Positions 20,163 through 30,156 of a stretch of 64,000 nucleotides of DNA are shown piece by piece. Both the position numbers and the translations under genes were made by a program. The notes beneath the pieces are model-generated. The model made no database searches, had not been told where the DNA came from, and saw nothing but the letters and a program-made list of their open reading frames with translations. The stretch spans positions 32,001-96,000 of IMG/VR virus record IMGVR_UViG_3300022671_000005; one strand, written 5' to 3'. The stretch comes from a virus. Lineage: Duplodnaviria > Caudoviricetes. Numbering within the stretch: the stretch's first letter is position 1; each line of letters opens with the position of its first letter.

Positions 20163-20186
20163 TTTGAATTTTATATATTATTTTAC

Positions 20187-20219
20187 AGTCTATCGCACCA
20201 TTTTAAGGTGCGATAGACT
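20187..20219. terminator. Inverted repeat, 13-bp stem
   Basis: agtctatcgcacc-attttaa-ggtgcgatagact. Confidence 0.7.
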
Positions 20220-20257
20220 TCACTATTTTTGTGGCTTAATCAATTCATTAATAAATA

Positions 20258-20265
20258 TATATTAC
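20258..20265 (+). promoter_or_regulatory. phiKZ-type early promoter TATATTAC
   Basis: Exact motif upstream of the operon containing the nvRNAP subunit. Confidence 0.75.
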
Positions 20266-20319
20266 GATTATAGCTACACGATTCTAATACTAGAAATCGA
20301 AACAAGTGGAGTTTAAAAA

Positions 20320-21462
20320 TTGGATAGTATATCTAAACTAGAGTGCAAGATGCATCGCATCAGCACAAAAGAGGCTGGTTATTATTACGAACTATTAATA
20401 ATCAACCGTACAACAAATAATATTGTGATCATTGATCATAATAACAGTCAAGAGGTTATAGAGCCGGTAAGACATATTAACAATACTGTTGAAATTATAG
20501 TTCGTAAAAACAATGGTGAAAGAAGAGAGTTTGTTAAACGTGAACAAGCATATGTTGACACTGCTTTAGATACCAAAAGAATAACTATACCACAATGGCA
20601 TATTGAATCTTCATATGCTCATATACCAGAAATAGATGCAATAATTACAAATCCAGATTTAGGTCATACGTTAAGACATCCAAATAGTACATCAACATCA
20701 TCTGCAGAGATAGTAGAAGCTGTCCAAAGTATTGTTGGTTCTAAAGATGGTATTTATTTACACTTCCTGGTCAAAGACCCCAAAGGAAGAGTTGAGAAGA
20801 TATATGGTGCTTTCAACCCTACAAGTCCATTCTCTATGGAAGTTTTATGTATTCCAACAAATGAAACTAATGCAACCTTGACTGTAATAGCAGGTTCTAG
20901 GGATAGGTCATACATTCGTGAAGTAATCGATATAGATCCATTATTTGAAAACGGATCATTATCTATTGAAGTTAGATCAATATTTCTAACATTGGGATTA
21001 ACCTCAGACGATGCAATTAAGGCAGCATCTGCAAAATTGCAAGATAATGATAGAGTCGTATATGATAAAGTCACCAAAATGATGACTAATGAACGTAAGG
21101 ATCATGAAAGAGTAATAGAGAATCTTAAATCCGCACATAAGTTGGAATTAAATGAACTTAAAGACAAACATAGAGATGAAAAATTAAAGCATAAAGAAAC
21201 AATAACAACCTTAGAAGATAAGATTCGTTCACTAAATGAATGGAAGACTGTATTTGAAGCAAGACAAGAAGTGAGTAAATTAGATCAAGATCTAAGAACA
21301 TATGAAGCTAAACGATACGAATCAGAAGAAAGACTTAAGAAAGCTAAGTTAGCTACAACTGCGGAAACCACAAAATTATTCATTACGGTATTCAAAGTGG
21401 CAAGTGGTGTGGCAGTTGGAGTTATAATTCCATGGATTGTAGGAAAATTTAAGGAGGAGTAA
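20320..21462 (+). CDS. Conserved phiKZ-like protein (gp122-like) with coiled coil and C-terminal membrane anchor
   Basis: TTG start with ggag RBS; K/E coiled coil; hydrophobic C-terminus; precedes the nvRNAP beta gene. Confidence 0.7.
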   Translation: MDSISKLECKMHRISTKEAGYYYELLIINRTTNNIVIIDHNNSQEVIEPVRHINNTVEIIVRKNNGERREFVKREQAYVDTALDTKRITIPQWHIESSYAHIPEIDAIITNPDLGHTLRHPNSTSTSSAEIVEAVQSIVGSKDGIYLHFLVKDPKGRVEKIYGAFNPTSPFSMEVLCIPTNETNATLTVIAGSRDRSYIREVIDIDPLFENGSLSIEVRSIFLTLGLTSDDAIKAASAKLQDNDRVVYDKVTKMMTNERKDHERVIENLKSAHKLELNELKDKHRDEKLKHKETITTLEDKIRSLNEWKTVFEARQEVSKLDQDLRTYEAKRYESEERLKKAKLATTAETTKLFITVFKVASGVAVGVIIPWIVGKFKEE

Positions 21463-22997
21463 TGTGGTCACATTTGCTTGAACAATTGGGAGATAAAGTC
21501 CCACGGTTCAATGATTATCTACTCTCTAGATATAGAGAAGAAAAGATAGAACAAATTCCAGCCTATTTAGATAGATTGTTTAAGCAATCTATGAAGACAT
21601 TAGAGTCTAAATTTGGAGATGCTGCAAAAATCTTCAAATATGTTGATTATGTTGAACTAACCCCTGAAGAAAGGTTGGAGTATTTAAGAAAAGAAGTGAA
21701 GTACAATAGAAAGTTTGATATAAGAGTATCAAACGTTAGAACCATCAGATATGACTTTACGTTTTCCGATGAGAAAATATCAATGTATGTAGACATGCCA
21801 CTTATAGTCAATCATGCCATCACTCTAAATGGTGTAGACTATTATCCTCTTTTTGCTATAGTAGAGGTAGGCGGTATGGCCTTAGATAAAGACACTGTCA
21901 CTTTACGAGTAATGAGAGCTAACCTTAGATTCTTTTTAGATGAAGACAAACAACGTTTTAGTATTATAGATACCAAAGGTAGATACAGTACAGGAATAAA
22001 TGTTACTTGTCAGCTTCACTTAAAGGCTAGTTCTAAACCCCCAATTATTTTGTATCTATTAGCAAAATATGGTTTTACCAAATCTATGGAAATGTTAGGG
22101 TTTGGTGGTAAGATAGTGCTTACTGACACATGTGACACTTGTGATGATTATGTGTGGGTCAAAGTTAATGATAACACATATATCAGAATAGATAAAGACA
22201 TGTGGGGTGATAAAAAGGCAGTAAGAATTATTATAAGTCTTAAGGTCATCTATAAGGTGAATAGAAGATTCGATATTAATATAATCCACGACAGTGTGTA
22301 TTATCGAGTTGTTCTTGGGAAATTGACATTTCCCTCTGCACCTAACAATGTTCTAAGAGAACAGAATGCCTCAGATCATCTAGCTATGAACGATTCATTA
22401 TTGGACGAACCATCACTAGAGAATTTTAGATCAATTGGGCTTAATGTCAGGTCTATAGATGATCTATGTGTTGAGATATTCAACAATATAGACGATTATT
22501 TGTCATCGTCCAGACTTAATGATTTGTACAATAAGAAACTGGCTAGCCTTGACAAGTTGACAAGTAATCTGATTGAAAAATTTAATCTCAAACTATTCAA
22601 TCAAATTATAAATGCTAAACCTGGCCTAACCATTGATTCTGTAAAACGTCTGATGTTTTCAGCTGGTCAGAATTGTAGATGGATGATAGGATCTCAATTG
22701 TTTAGATCCATGCCAACCATCATCAACGATAATGCACTTCTCACTATAACTGGGAAGAAGTTTAGAACATTTGGTAATGTTGAGATGTCGAGAGAAGCTA
22801 AACGCTCAAATATGCCTATTGATCATTTGAAGTCACATCCTTCTTCGATCATAGTTGAATCAATTCAAACTGTACCAACATCAGGTATAGCTAATGGTTC
22901 TATAAATCCATATTTAAATATTGGTAATGATGGAACATTCATTATTGATGAAGAACTTAAGAAAGTGGTAGAACACGTATTTGATACCACTAGTTAA
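21462..22997 (+). CDS. Non-virion RNA polymerase beta subunit, N-terminal fragment (phiKZ gp123-like)
   Basis: PRFN N-terminus, DLYNKKL and HPSSIIVES...GSINPY resemble RpoB segments; synteny; early promoter. Confidence 0.8.
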   Translation: MWSHLLEQLGDKVPRFNDYLLSRYREEKIEQIPAYLDRLFKQSMKTLESKFGDAAKIFKYVDYVELTPEERLEYLRKEVKYNRKFDIRVSNVRTIRYDFTFSDEKISMYVDMPLIVNHAITLNGVDYYPLFAIVEVGGMALDKDTVTLRVMRANLRFFLDEDKQRFSIIDTKGRYSTGINVTCQLHLKASSKPPIILYLLAKYGFTKSMEMLGFGGKIVLTDTCDTCDDYVWVKVNDNTYIRIDKDMWGDKKAVRIIISLKVIYKVNRRFDINIIHDSVYYRVVLGKLTFPSAPNNVLREQNASDHLAMNDSLLDEPSLENFRSIGLNVRSIDDLCVEIFNNIDDYLSSSRLNDLYNKKLASLDKLTSNLIEKFNLKLFNQIINAKPGLTIDSVKRLMFSAGQNCRWMIGSQLFRSMPTIINDNALLTITGKKFRTFGNVEMSREAKRSNMPIDHLKSHPSSIIVESIQTVPTSGIANGSINPYLNIGNDGTFIIDEELKKVVEHVFDTTS

Positions 22998-23017
22998 ACA
23001 AAGAGAGTTTCAGAATA

Positions 23018-23043
23018 GAGTAGGGAGATTAATCTCCCTACTC
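23018..23043. terminator. Perfect 26-bp palindrome
   Basis: gagtagggagatt|aatctccctactc. Confidence 0.7.
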
Positions 23044-23069
23044 AGATTTTTTCATAATTGATATATGTA

Positions 23070-23077
23070 TATATTAC
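23070..23077 (+). promoter_or_regulatory. phiKZ-type early promoter TATATTAC
   Basis: Exact motif 40 nt upstream of ATG 23118. Confidence 0.7.
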
Positions 23078-23117
23078 TACTTTGATAAACCCACACAACC
23101 AACAGGAGGTATACTCA

Positions 23118-24578
23118 ATGTATAATCATTATGGTGGCCAAACACCATATCAAGGAATGATAGATGTAGTTGCTAATGAATGTAATCAATGGTTACAACA
23201 TGCTAACCCCAATATGGTTAACATAGCCGGATTTGGCCAATGGTTAAATGAAAAAGGTATCGCACAAATAACTCAAAAACTGGCTTCTATTCGACAGAAT
23301 CCAGACACTACTTTTTTGCGTGAGTTCGTAAATAGGGAAATACAAACTGCAGGGGTATCGTTGGGTTTTATATTTGCACAACAAAGTTACCAACCACAAC
23401 CAAGTTATCAACCACAGCCAAGTTATCAACCACAACAACCTCAAAATTACATGTTTTCAAATAACACATCAACAAGAGGGAGTGCTTACTCCTCACCATA
23501 CGGCAATACTCAACCCCAACAACAACAACAACCAACTAAACCTCAAGAAGTGGAACAACCCACAATTGAAAAGAAGGTATCTGAATATAGGTTTCCAAAA
23601 CAGACTACAACAAGCAAATTGGATATTGTTGGTAGCGATGGAGAAGCCATATTTTATGATGCGGATGATGAATCAACATTCTGTCATTTAAACCTTGAAA
23701 CAGAATTGGCTTTCTCGGGTCATGAGGATATTGTTGATTATCTCCAAACTGTCAAACCATCTGGAAGATGTATTGTATCTCTAACATATTTGGATTATCA
23801 GTTAACAGATATTCCAACAGAAGATTTTGTAAAGATCAAAGAATCAATGCAAAATCTTATGAGTGGACAAATCGGAAATCTTTCCGATCATGAACTGTTT
23901 AACGAATTTCATGAAGCCCTTAAAAATGTGCCTAGTGGTATAGTACAAAGACTTCTACGATTCTTATTGAGGAGTATCAACAGTTATACTACCAGTAGGT
24001 TCTTGCAACATAGTGATGTTGCAAAGAAAGTCATTCTTCTTAGAAAGCCTAAGGATATTGATTCTATTCTTACAAACGATAAAGAGTTGGAAGAATTCAA
24101 ATCTGTACATGGATATAAATCACGTATGCGTGAGATAATGAGAAATGTGATTTCTGAAATCGCAAACTGCATTATTGCAGAACCAACAGAATTTGGTATG
24201 AATAGCCCTTGGTTATCTTCTTGTAAAAATCTACCAATACCTGAAAAGAAAGAATTGGTTAAAGACGTTTATGGATTTCCAGATAAGGATATAATTAATC
24301 TTCAAAAGAACCTGGCAGCCAAGTACGCTATATTTGGTGTGAGGCGCAAGATTAATGTCATCTTTGATAAGCCCAAAAATCCATCTTCGTTTAGCAAGTT
24401 ACAACCAAAGATGTCCTGTAACATTATCGTAGAACCGCAATGTGATTACGAATACGTCATCCTTGGTGATGCTGGTGGTATTGAACCACAAGAGATCATT
24501 GTTGTTGATGGAATGTATTCACAAACCTTCACGTTAGGAGAAACTCTCGACAATTTATCGGTGATAACTCACTGGTAA
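23118..24578 (+). CDS. Hypothetical early protein with Q/P/S/Y-rich low-complexity region (start corrected from 23058)
   Basis: aggagg RBS before ATG 23118; the promoter lies inside the tracked extension. Confidence 0.8.
   Translation: MYNHYGGQTPYQGMIDVVANECNQWLQHANPNMVNIAGFGQWLNEKGIAQITQKLASIRQNPDTTFLREFVNREIQTAGVSLGFIFAQQSYQPQPSYQPQPSYQPQQPQNYMFSNNTSTRGSAYSSPYGNTQPQQQQQPTKPQEVEQPTIEKKVSEYRFPKQTTTSKLDIVGSDGEAIFYDADDESTFCHLNLETELAFSGHEDIVDYLQTVKPSGRCIVSLTYLDYQLTDIPTEDFVKIKESMQNLMSGQIGNLSDHELFNEFHEALKNVPSGIVQRLLRFLLRSINSYTTSRFLQHSDVAKKVILLRKPKDIDSILTNDKELEEFKSVHGYKSRMREIMRNVISEIANCIIAEPTEFGMNSPWLSSCKNLPIPEKKELVKDVYGFPDKDIINLQKNLAAKYAIFGVRRKINVIFDKPKNPSSFSKLQPKMSCNIIVEPQCDYEYVILGDAGGIEPQEIIVVDGMYSQTFTLGETLDNLSVITHW
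23384..23437 (+). repeat. 3 x 18-bp tandem repeat encoding SYQPQP/Q
   Basis: aagttaccaaccacaacc / aagttatcaaccacagcc / aagttatcaaccacaaca. Confidence 0.9.
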
Positions 24579-24588
24579 TTACCTACAC

Positions 24589-24621
24589 TCACAGGTGGTG
24601 AACAATCTTCACCACCTGTGA
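24589..24621. terminator. Inverted repeat, 14-bp stem
   Basis: tcacaggtggtgaa-caatc-ttcaccacctgtga. Confidence 0.7.
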
Positions 24622-24652
24622 TACAACAACCCGTACACGATAGGAGGCAATC

Positions 24653-24910
24653 ATGTACAGAATTAAATATGTCTTCTCTTTAATAGAGGAGAAATTCATT
24701 GTTAACGAAATAACCGAGACATCAAGGAATTTAAAACTTGGTGTTAAAGATTTTCCTCAAGCCATATGGAATGTGGTTCATAAGATTGGAAAAAAGCTTA
24801 CCCGTGAAATGGAAGATATCGGGGGTGAACTTGTTCAGCACATCTTAATTGAAGAAGAAGATTTAAGGAGTGGTGTTAACGCTCCTGTCAAATCCGTTAG
24901 GTTCTATTAA
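24653..24910 (+). CDS. Hypothetical protein (85 aa)
   Basis: Strong RBS aggagg. Confidence 0.8.
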   Translation: MYRIKYVFSLIEEKFIVNEITETSRNLKLGVKDFPQAIWNVVHKIGKKLTREMEDIGGELVQHILIEEEDLRSGVNAPVKSVRFY

Positions 24911-24925
24911 AACGGAAATTAAGGT

Positions 24926-24957
24926 ATGGATATGCAAGCTATAGCTTGCATATCCAT
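24926..24957. terminator. Perfect 32-bp palindrome
   Basis: atggatatgcaagcta|tagcttgcatatccat. Confidence 0.7.
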
Positions 24958-24965
24958 GTCTCATA

Positions 24966-25481
24966 TTGCCTTATTTAGAGTTATTAGATAAGTGTATCAC
25001 ATGTGTAAATAAAAGACCATATAGATTAATAAAAATGAATAGTGATCATGACAAAATGTATGGTATGCAGAGAATGCGTACAGTGTTTGGTATTGCGAAT
25101 AAGCGTATCAAACAAACTAAGCGGCTACTCGGTATTCCAGAAGACATTACTAGGGATGAACTCTTGGTCACTAGAAACACAGAGACCGTAGAGTTAATCT
25201 CTGAAACAGTTGATGATGTGAACAGAATGTTAAACCTTGAGTTAATATCTGTTGGTATACAAGTGGCTATAGAGCCTGAAATATCTGATGGAGTAGATAG
25301 GATTCGTGCTGAATTAGCACAACTTATAGAAATACTTACCAAGGGATATAAACCAGGTCCTGTGGTTGACAAAGTTGCAATAAGAGATAGTGAAAAACCT
25401 GTTGGGATAATGGTTGCTTCTATAATATCAATAATAGTAGCAGCATTTCTGATTATTATAGCTGTTGATTCCGACAAATGA
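24966..25481 (+). CDS. Hypothetical membrane-anchored protein (start probably 25035)
   Basis: C-terminal hydrophobic helix IMVASIISIIVAAFLIIIAV. Confidence 0.65.
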   Translation: MPYLELLDKCITCVNKRPYRLIKMNSDHDKMYGMQRMRTVFGIANKRIKQTKRLLGIPEDITRDELLVTRNTETVELISETVDDVNRMLNLELISVGIQVAIEPEISDGVDRIRAELAQLIEILTKGYKPGPVVDKVAIRDSEKPVGIMVASIISIIVAAFLIIIAVDSDK

Positions 25482-25507
25482 AAATTTTGAAGTGTTACCA
25501 AGTAACC

Positions 25508-25532
25508 CATAGTCAGACTCTGTCTGACTATG
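25508..25532. terminator. Inverted repeat, 11-bp stem
   Basis: catagtcagac-tct-gtctgactatg. Confidence 0.6.
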
Positions 25533-25540
25533 TTTAATAT

Positions 25541-25915
25541 ATGAGGGAAACTAAATTAATGGAGATTAATATTTTGGATTCATTGGAGTTCTCTGGTTTA
25601 TATGATACAGAGCACGATCATTTGGATCCATATGCCAAGTCAGTAATGGATCAACTGACGTTGGTAAAACAACGTATGTATGAAATAGATAATGGAATCA
25701 TCTCTATAGAAGATGAAGCGGAAGAGTTTATACTAGGGTTTGTTAGCCTTGGTGACAAAAGAAATAACATAAATATAAATGATACTTATACTCCAGATTT
25801 CTCATTTAAAAATCTTATTAAATTGAGAAGACAAGTGGAAGATTTGATACCATGCAACTATTTACCAGTTGTTTCTAAGTATCTATTTATGTTATTAGAA
25901 AGTACTAAGATTTGA
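25541..25915 (+). CDS. Hypothetical protein
   Basis: 124-aa ORF between hairpins. Confidence 0.7.
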   Translation: MRETKLMEINILDSLEFSGLYDTEHDHLDPYAKSVMDQLTLVKQRMYEIDNGIISIEDEAEEFILGFVSLGDKRNNININDTYTPDFSFKNLIKLRRQVEDLIPCNYLPVVSKYLFMLLESTKI

Positions 25916-25924
25916 TGACGAATG

Positions 25925-25960
25925 ATAAGTAGTGCTAGGCATATGCCTAGCACTACTTAT
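25925..25960. terminator. Perfect 36-bp palindrome, convergent junction
   Basis: ataagtagtgctaggcat|atgcctagcactacttat. Confidence 0.75.
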
Positions 25961-25977
25961 TAAATTCATTTATTTTT

Positions 25978-26814
25978 TTAGGTAAAAATCAAACTATCTT
26001 CATTACGATAGATAACATTTTCTTCAAGTACTGAAGCAGGATCTGACATATCAATACCAGTAGTGGTACGATGTGTTGCGAGCTGTGCATAGATAGCTTC
26101 AGTCATAGTGAAATCAACACCACCTTGGTCTTGAGCAGTTACATCCTGATCTTCACCAGTGTAAAAACCAAACTCACTGATTCTAGCCAGACGATAATCA
26201 CCACCATAAATAACCTCGATAGCTTCAGCTATTTCAGCACCCGTTACCTGAACAACACCATCCATAGATACAATAACTTTAGCAGTTGCATCATCGATAG
26301 TATCAATCCCATTGCTAGGAACTGGGGTGGGTGTTAGGTTAGACGGAGAGAACACATAAGGTGTTTCTTGGTTATTTAGAAGGTTAACCTGTGTGATATC
26401 AATATTGTCATCAGGGAATGTGATCATTTTCAACCAATAGCAGAAGTAATCTTCGCCATCGAATGTCTCTCTCGTACGCATACGGTAATTCAACATTGTT
26501 GTAGGATCAAGATCATCTGCAACTGGAACACAACGAAATGGAATAGGTTGATACAAATCCATATTTTCAACAGATGCGAGATATGGTTGTGACAGAGTAC
26601 TATCATTGACGTTGTAATAACCATTAATTCCGATACCAAAATATTTTAAGGTCGGATTATTATCTGGAAGTATGAGTGGTTGTACATTCCTTTTAGAATT
26701 GATAGTAGTATCAAGTCTAGCAGTGAAGCCTGCACTCATCTGGGCCCTTAGTTGATTTTCTAAGCCCAATATCGTATTGACATTGTTCTTTGTGTTGAAG
26801 GTGCTTTCAAGCAT
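25978..26814 (-). CDS. Virion structural protein (phiKZ gp127-like)
   Basis: YFGIGING, DLYQPIPFR, YRMR, YWLK and ARISEFG; lies beside the gp128-like and portal genes; RBS aagga. Confidence 0.7.
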   Translation of the reverse strand: MLESTFNTKNNVNTILGLENQLRAQMSAGFTARLDTTINSKRNVQPLILPDNNPTLKYFGIGINGYYNVNDSTLSQPYLASVENMDLYQPIPFRCVPVADDLDPTTMLNYRMRTRETFDGEDYFCYWLKMITFPDDNIDITQVNLLNNQETPYVFSPSNLTPTPVPSNGIDTIDDATAKVIVSMDGVVQVTGAEIAEAIEVIYGGDYRLARISEFGFYTGEDQDVTAQDQGGVDFTMTEAIYAQLATHRTTTGIDMSDPASVLEENVIYRNEDSLIFT

Positions 26815-26890
26815 ATTTTTTAATTCCTTATTTTTTTTATTCTACCTATAAAATTAGTCAATAGAATAAAGATGATTATTTAAAACTGTT

Positions 26891-29800
26891 CTATTCCGTC
26901 GTTCTGTATTCAGAACTTTGTATAAGATCAAATCTATTAATCCTATTGATTATAGAGTTAGTAACACCATTGGTCCTAGGTTCTCTGAGAGGTGCTTCTG
27001 CAATATATGGATGATCCAAAGGAAGATATGTGTTTATACCCCACTTGTGGGCTAGATAACCTTCTATCTTTTTGACATCTATAAGACTGGGGTTGACAGC
27101 AATAACAGCTTCACCTATAGCACCTTGGAACCAAATAGGTAGAGCTGTGGTTTCTGAACCATGAGATCCTATAAAGAACGCAGTGGCATCAAAATCATCA
27201 CATATAGATACATTACCTGGAACCAAATCTTCACCATTGATTCCAGCAAATGTTTGCTGAATAAGATCTTCTGTTCTATTGTATCTAGTCACAGATAAAT
27301 TAACATCACCATAGTTTATTATTGGACTACTAAATGCACTACTATAATCACCCTGAATTGGTCTACCATCTTGCATGGTAGATATAAATATAGGAGTTCC
27401 GCCATCATCATAGTAAACGTGACTAAACTCTAGAACAGTTGCAGTATTAAATCCAATACCTCTAAATCTATTATGTTGATAATCTGCATCTTCGTTTTTA
27501 AAACTCATTACAACACCAGCATAACTATTAAGTTGATCAATAGCATTAATGGTGAATATATAGATATCGCTATTTTTATCAAGCAATTGAGCAGATTTAT
27601 TAGTAGTGTGATACAATGAATTGGTTCCATCGAAATATACCATTGGTAATCCATTTTGTGATCTAACACCATAAGAAGGTCTATACGAATCTTGCTTGTG
27701 GGTCATATCAGCTTGTAAACTACCTTTGTCCAACCATTCATTGATAAGAATTCCATCTAAATCTAATGAAGATGTGTCAGGAGCATCTAGCCAAAATTTA
27801 GTTGAGACATCTAAATCAGCTATAGTCCAAAAACCACCAGGAACAACAGATCCACGTGGGAATAAACCATTAAAGTTATTAACTCTATTGTGATTTATTA
27901 CGTTGTGCTCTTTTGTTATTTCCATAGTTATTTCGGTTGTATGCTCTATCGTATCTTCAACATTTGAGTCAAACAAACTAGCATCAAATTCCATTTCACC
28001 AAAATAATCTAATACCCATTTGTCATTATAGGTTGTTTGTGCAAACCTAATGTAAGTATTAGGAGAAAGTTCGGTGTCTAAGAAAGCAATATTGTAACTG
28101 CATAACTGTACAAACAATTGCTTGATCAACCTAAACTCTTCAGCTGTGAATTGATCAAATGTTGTCTGAGTTGATTCAGTTATTGGTATAATTGCTTCCA
28201 ATATGGCATTAGATACATTATGATAAGTCTCTTTAACTTTAACGTTATTATCTAGAGATGTGATAGCATCTTGCAAAAACTGATTGTCAGAAAACCATTC
28301 ATTATAGGTAGTATGTGGTATCCCAAAATCCAATGTTATTGTTTCAGTTGCTAATAATTGTTTGTAAAGTAAATCATATGCAAACTGATAAGCAGTGTTT
28401 GACACTCCATGCTTTGCACGTATGTCAGTAACAATAGCAAAAAAGTGACCATCAATAAGTTCTAACAATCTCTCGGGAGTAGTTATAACACCAACATTGG
28501 TTTCTATTCTATCAAAGATATCATCGTAATCTATAAGACGATTAATTCTCCAAATAGAATCATTGAATTGAAACTCTTGTTCTATAGTCGGAAACTCATC
28601 TTTAAATGCATGAACAATATGAGCAGTAGTAGGAATCATGAAGGGGTTCCTAACATCAACAGTCATACCAACATAATCGTTTTTATTACCTTCAGTAACT
28701 GCGATTATACTACCATCATTTAAGGTTATTTCTTTTCCAACTACAGTGTCAATATTGGTTGATGATAATGTTACTGAAGTTTCATATTCTCTACCCATAG
28801 TGTAGAATAATAGAGCAACAGCTTCTTTAACTGTTAATGGAATAGTTTGAGAATCACTTATCTTAATCTCTAAGTTATAATCTAACTCATCACGAGATAT
28901 TCTGTAAAGTATGGTCTCTACCATTATGTTTACATATAGTTCATGAAACTCATCGTAGATATTGAGTTTTTGTATTTCCACAAGTTTTGTAGGTAACCAA
29001 CCTAATTTAGAATGATCTAAAGTAAGCTTCTGTTCAGCAATATACTTTTCATCAAGTTTTGGTTCTAGACCATTTTCAACTTCTCTTTCAAATATATCCT
29101 GATGAGTTTCTATTCCATTTATCAGAGCTTCAGTCGGTGTTCTTAAATCTCTAATATCTTTGGAGATAAACTCCGCAGATGGTCTTACAGTTTCTTCACT
29201 ATCCTCAGTATACAACATGGCAGATTTTGCTCTTAATGCTGTATTCCTAGGATAGAGTAAGTTCTCAGAGAGTATAGATAGAGTTCCGTCTTTACCTCTG
29301 TTTTGAATTAAATATCTTAGATTCTTATATAAGAACATCTGTTCAGTGAAATTCAATACACTTCGATAATCACCCAATCCATTAGACGTGAGGTATTCCC
29401 ATATCTGAGTAGTATGTGCTCTGGATGTACCTATATTAGATATTCTTTGTCTGAAAATAACTAATGGTAATAATGTCCACAACATCCACCACTCTGTCAT
29501 TGGGTAGTATGCTTCATAGTAAAACTCAGGTATATTCCACCTTTCTCTGTACATTGTAAGAAAGGTAGTTAATGAATCTAGTATTGAAGAAACTTCTTGA
29601 TCTTCCAATAGTTCCGAATCGTACGTCAATAAAGAAAAATTGGGTGCAGCTATTGCTTCATTGATATTAGATACTGGATATAGTATCGATTTTATTAAAT
29701 CAGCCTGAGTCGGATAAGTGTCAATTAGATCTTGAAATTGTTCATTTGGTATCTTATAAGTTGTGTATGTCTTGTGGTGTATAGCAAGATTAGATTTAGT

Positions 29801-30031
29801 GAATTCAATAGTAGTGCCATCGTCGATAGATGTTACATACATCATTTGATCTAAATCACTATATTCACCGATAAGGTTGAGATAGTATGGATTCTCTGTC
29901 TCATCATCAAGTTCTACACCAGATACTTCTTCAAGCTGAGTTCTTTTAACATCAGCTAAATATGTGTTCTTAATGGTAGCAGACTTTAAGAAGTCATATA
30001 CTTCCGTTAAGAAAATATCTGTTTGGATCAT
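26891..30031 (-). CDS. Virion/baseplate protein (phiKZ gp128-like) with an added C-terminal ConA/LamG-like domain (start corrected from 30121)
   Basis: NPYYLNLIGEY, QIWEYLTSNG and QMFLYKNLRYLIQNRGK; divergent from the portal gene; C-terminal FWLDA...WLDKG...IEGYLAHKWG module. Confidence 0.75.
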   Translation of the reverse strand: MIQTDIFLTEVYDFLKSATIKNTYLADVKRTQLEEVSGVELDDETENPYYLNLIGEYSDLDQMMYVTSIDDGTTIEFTKSNLAIHHKTYTTYKIPNEQFQDLIDTYPTQADLIKSILYPVSNINEAIAAPNFSLLTYDSELLEDQEVSSILDSLTTFLTMYRERWNIPEFYYEAYYPMTEWWMLWTLLPLVIFRQRISNIGTSRAHTTQIWEYLTSNGLGDYRSVLNFTEQMFLYKNLRYLIQNRGKDGTLSILSENLLYPRNTALRAKSAMLYTEDSEETVRPSAEFISKDIRDLRTPTEALINGIETHQDIFEREVENGLEPKLDEKYIAEQKLTLDHSKLGWLPTKLVEIQKLNIYDEFHELYVNIMVETILYRISRDELDYNLEIKISDSQTIPLTVKEAVALLFYTMGREYETSVTLSSTNIDTVVGKEITLNDGSIIAVTEGNKNDYVGMTVDVRNPFMIPTTAHIVHAFKDEFPTIEQEFQFNDSIWRINRLIDYDDIFDRIETNVGVITTPERLLELIDGHFFAIVTDIRAKHGVSNTAYQFAYDLLYKQLLATETITLDFGIPHTTYNEWFSDNQFLQDAITSLDNNVKVKETYHNVSNAILEAIIPITESTQTTFDQFTAEEFRLIKQLFVQLCSYNIAFLDTELSPNTYIRFAQTTYNDKWVLDYFGEMEFDASLFDSNVEDTIEHTTEITMEITKEHNVINHNRVNNFNGLFPRGSVVPGGFWTIADLDVSTKFWLDAPDTSSLDLDGILINEWLDKGSLQADMTHKQDSYRPSYGVRSQNGLPMVYFDGTNSLYHTTNKSAQLLDKNSDIYIFTINAIDQLNSYAGVVMSFKNEDADYQHNRFRGIGFNTATVLEFSHVYYDDGGTPIFISTMQDGRPIQGDYSSAFSSPIINYGDVNLSVTRYNRTEDLIQQTFAGINGEDLVPGNVSICDDFDATAFFIGSHGSETTALPIWFQGAIGEAVIAVNPSLIDVKKIEGYLAHKWGINTYLPLDHPYIAEAPLREPRTNGVTNSIINRINRFDLIQSSEYRTTE

Positions 30032-30156
30032 GGTATAATTCACTCTATTATAAATGTTAATATTTACAGTAACGTCTGTGTGAAGCCATTTTATTGAATA
30101 GATACTTAAAAAAATTACCAATTAATAAAACAACCATGTCACTGGAGATATATACA

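Noticed and set aside
23058-23117. TTG-start extension of the Q-rich protein
   Set aside because: Contains the early promoter; the strong RBS points to 23118
2716-24578. Chimallin (nuclear shell) or PhuZ tubulin gene
   Set aside because: No ORF with recognisable motifs; nucleus formation cannot be inferred from this window
30032-30156. Head-to-head overlap of the gp128-like and portal ORFs
   Set aside because: Artefact of longest-ORF calling; starts at 30031 and 30157 leave a normal divergent gap
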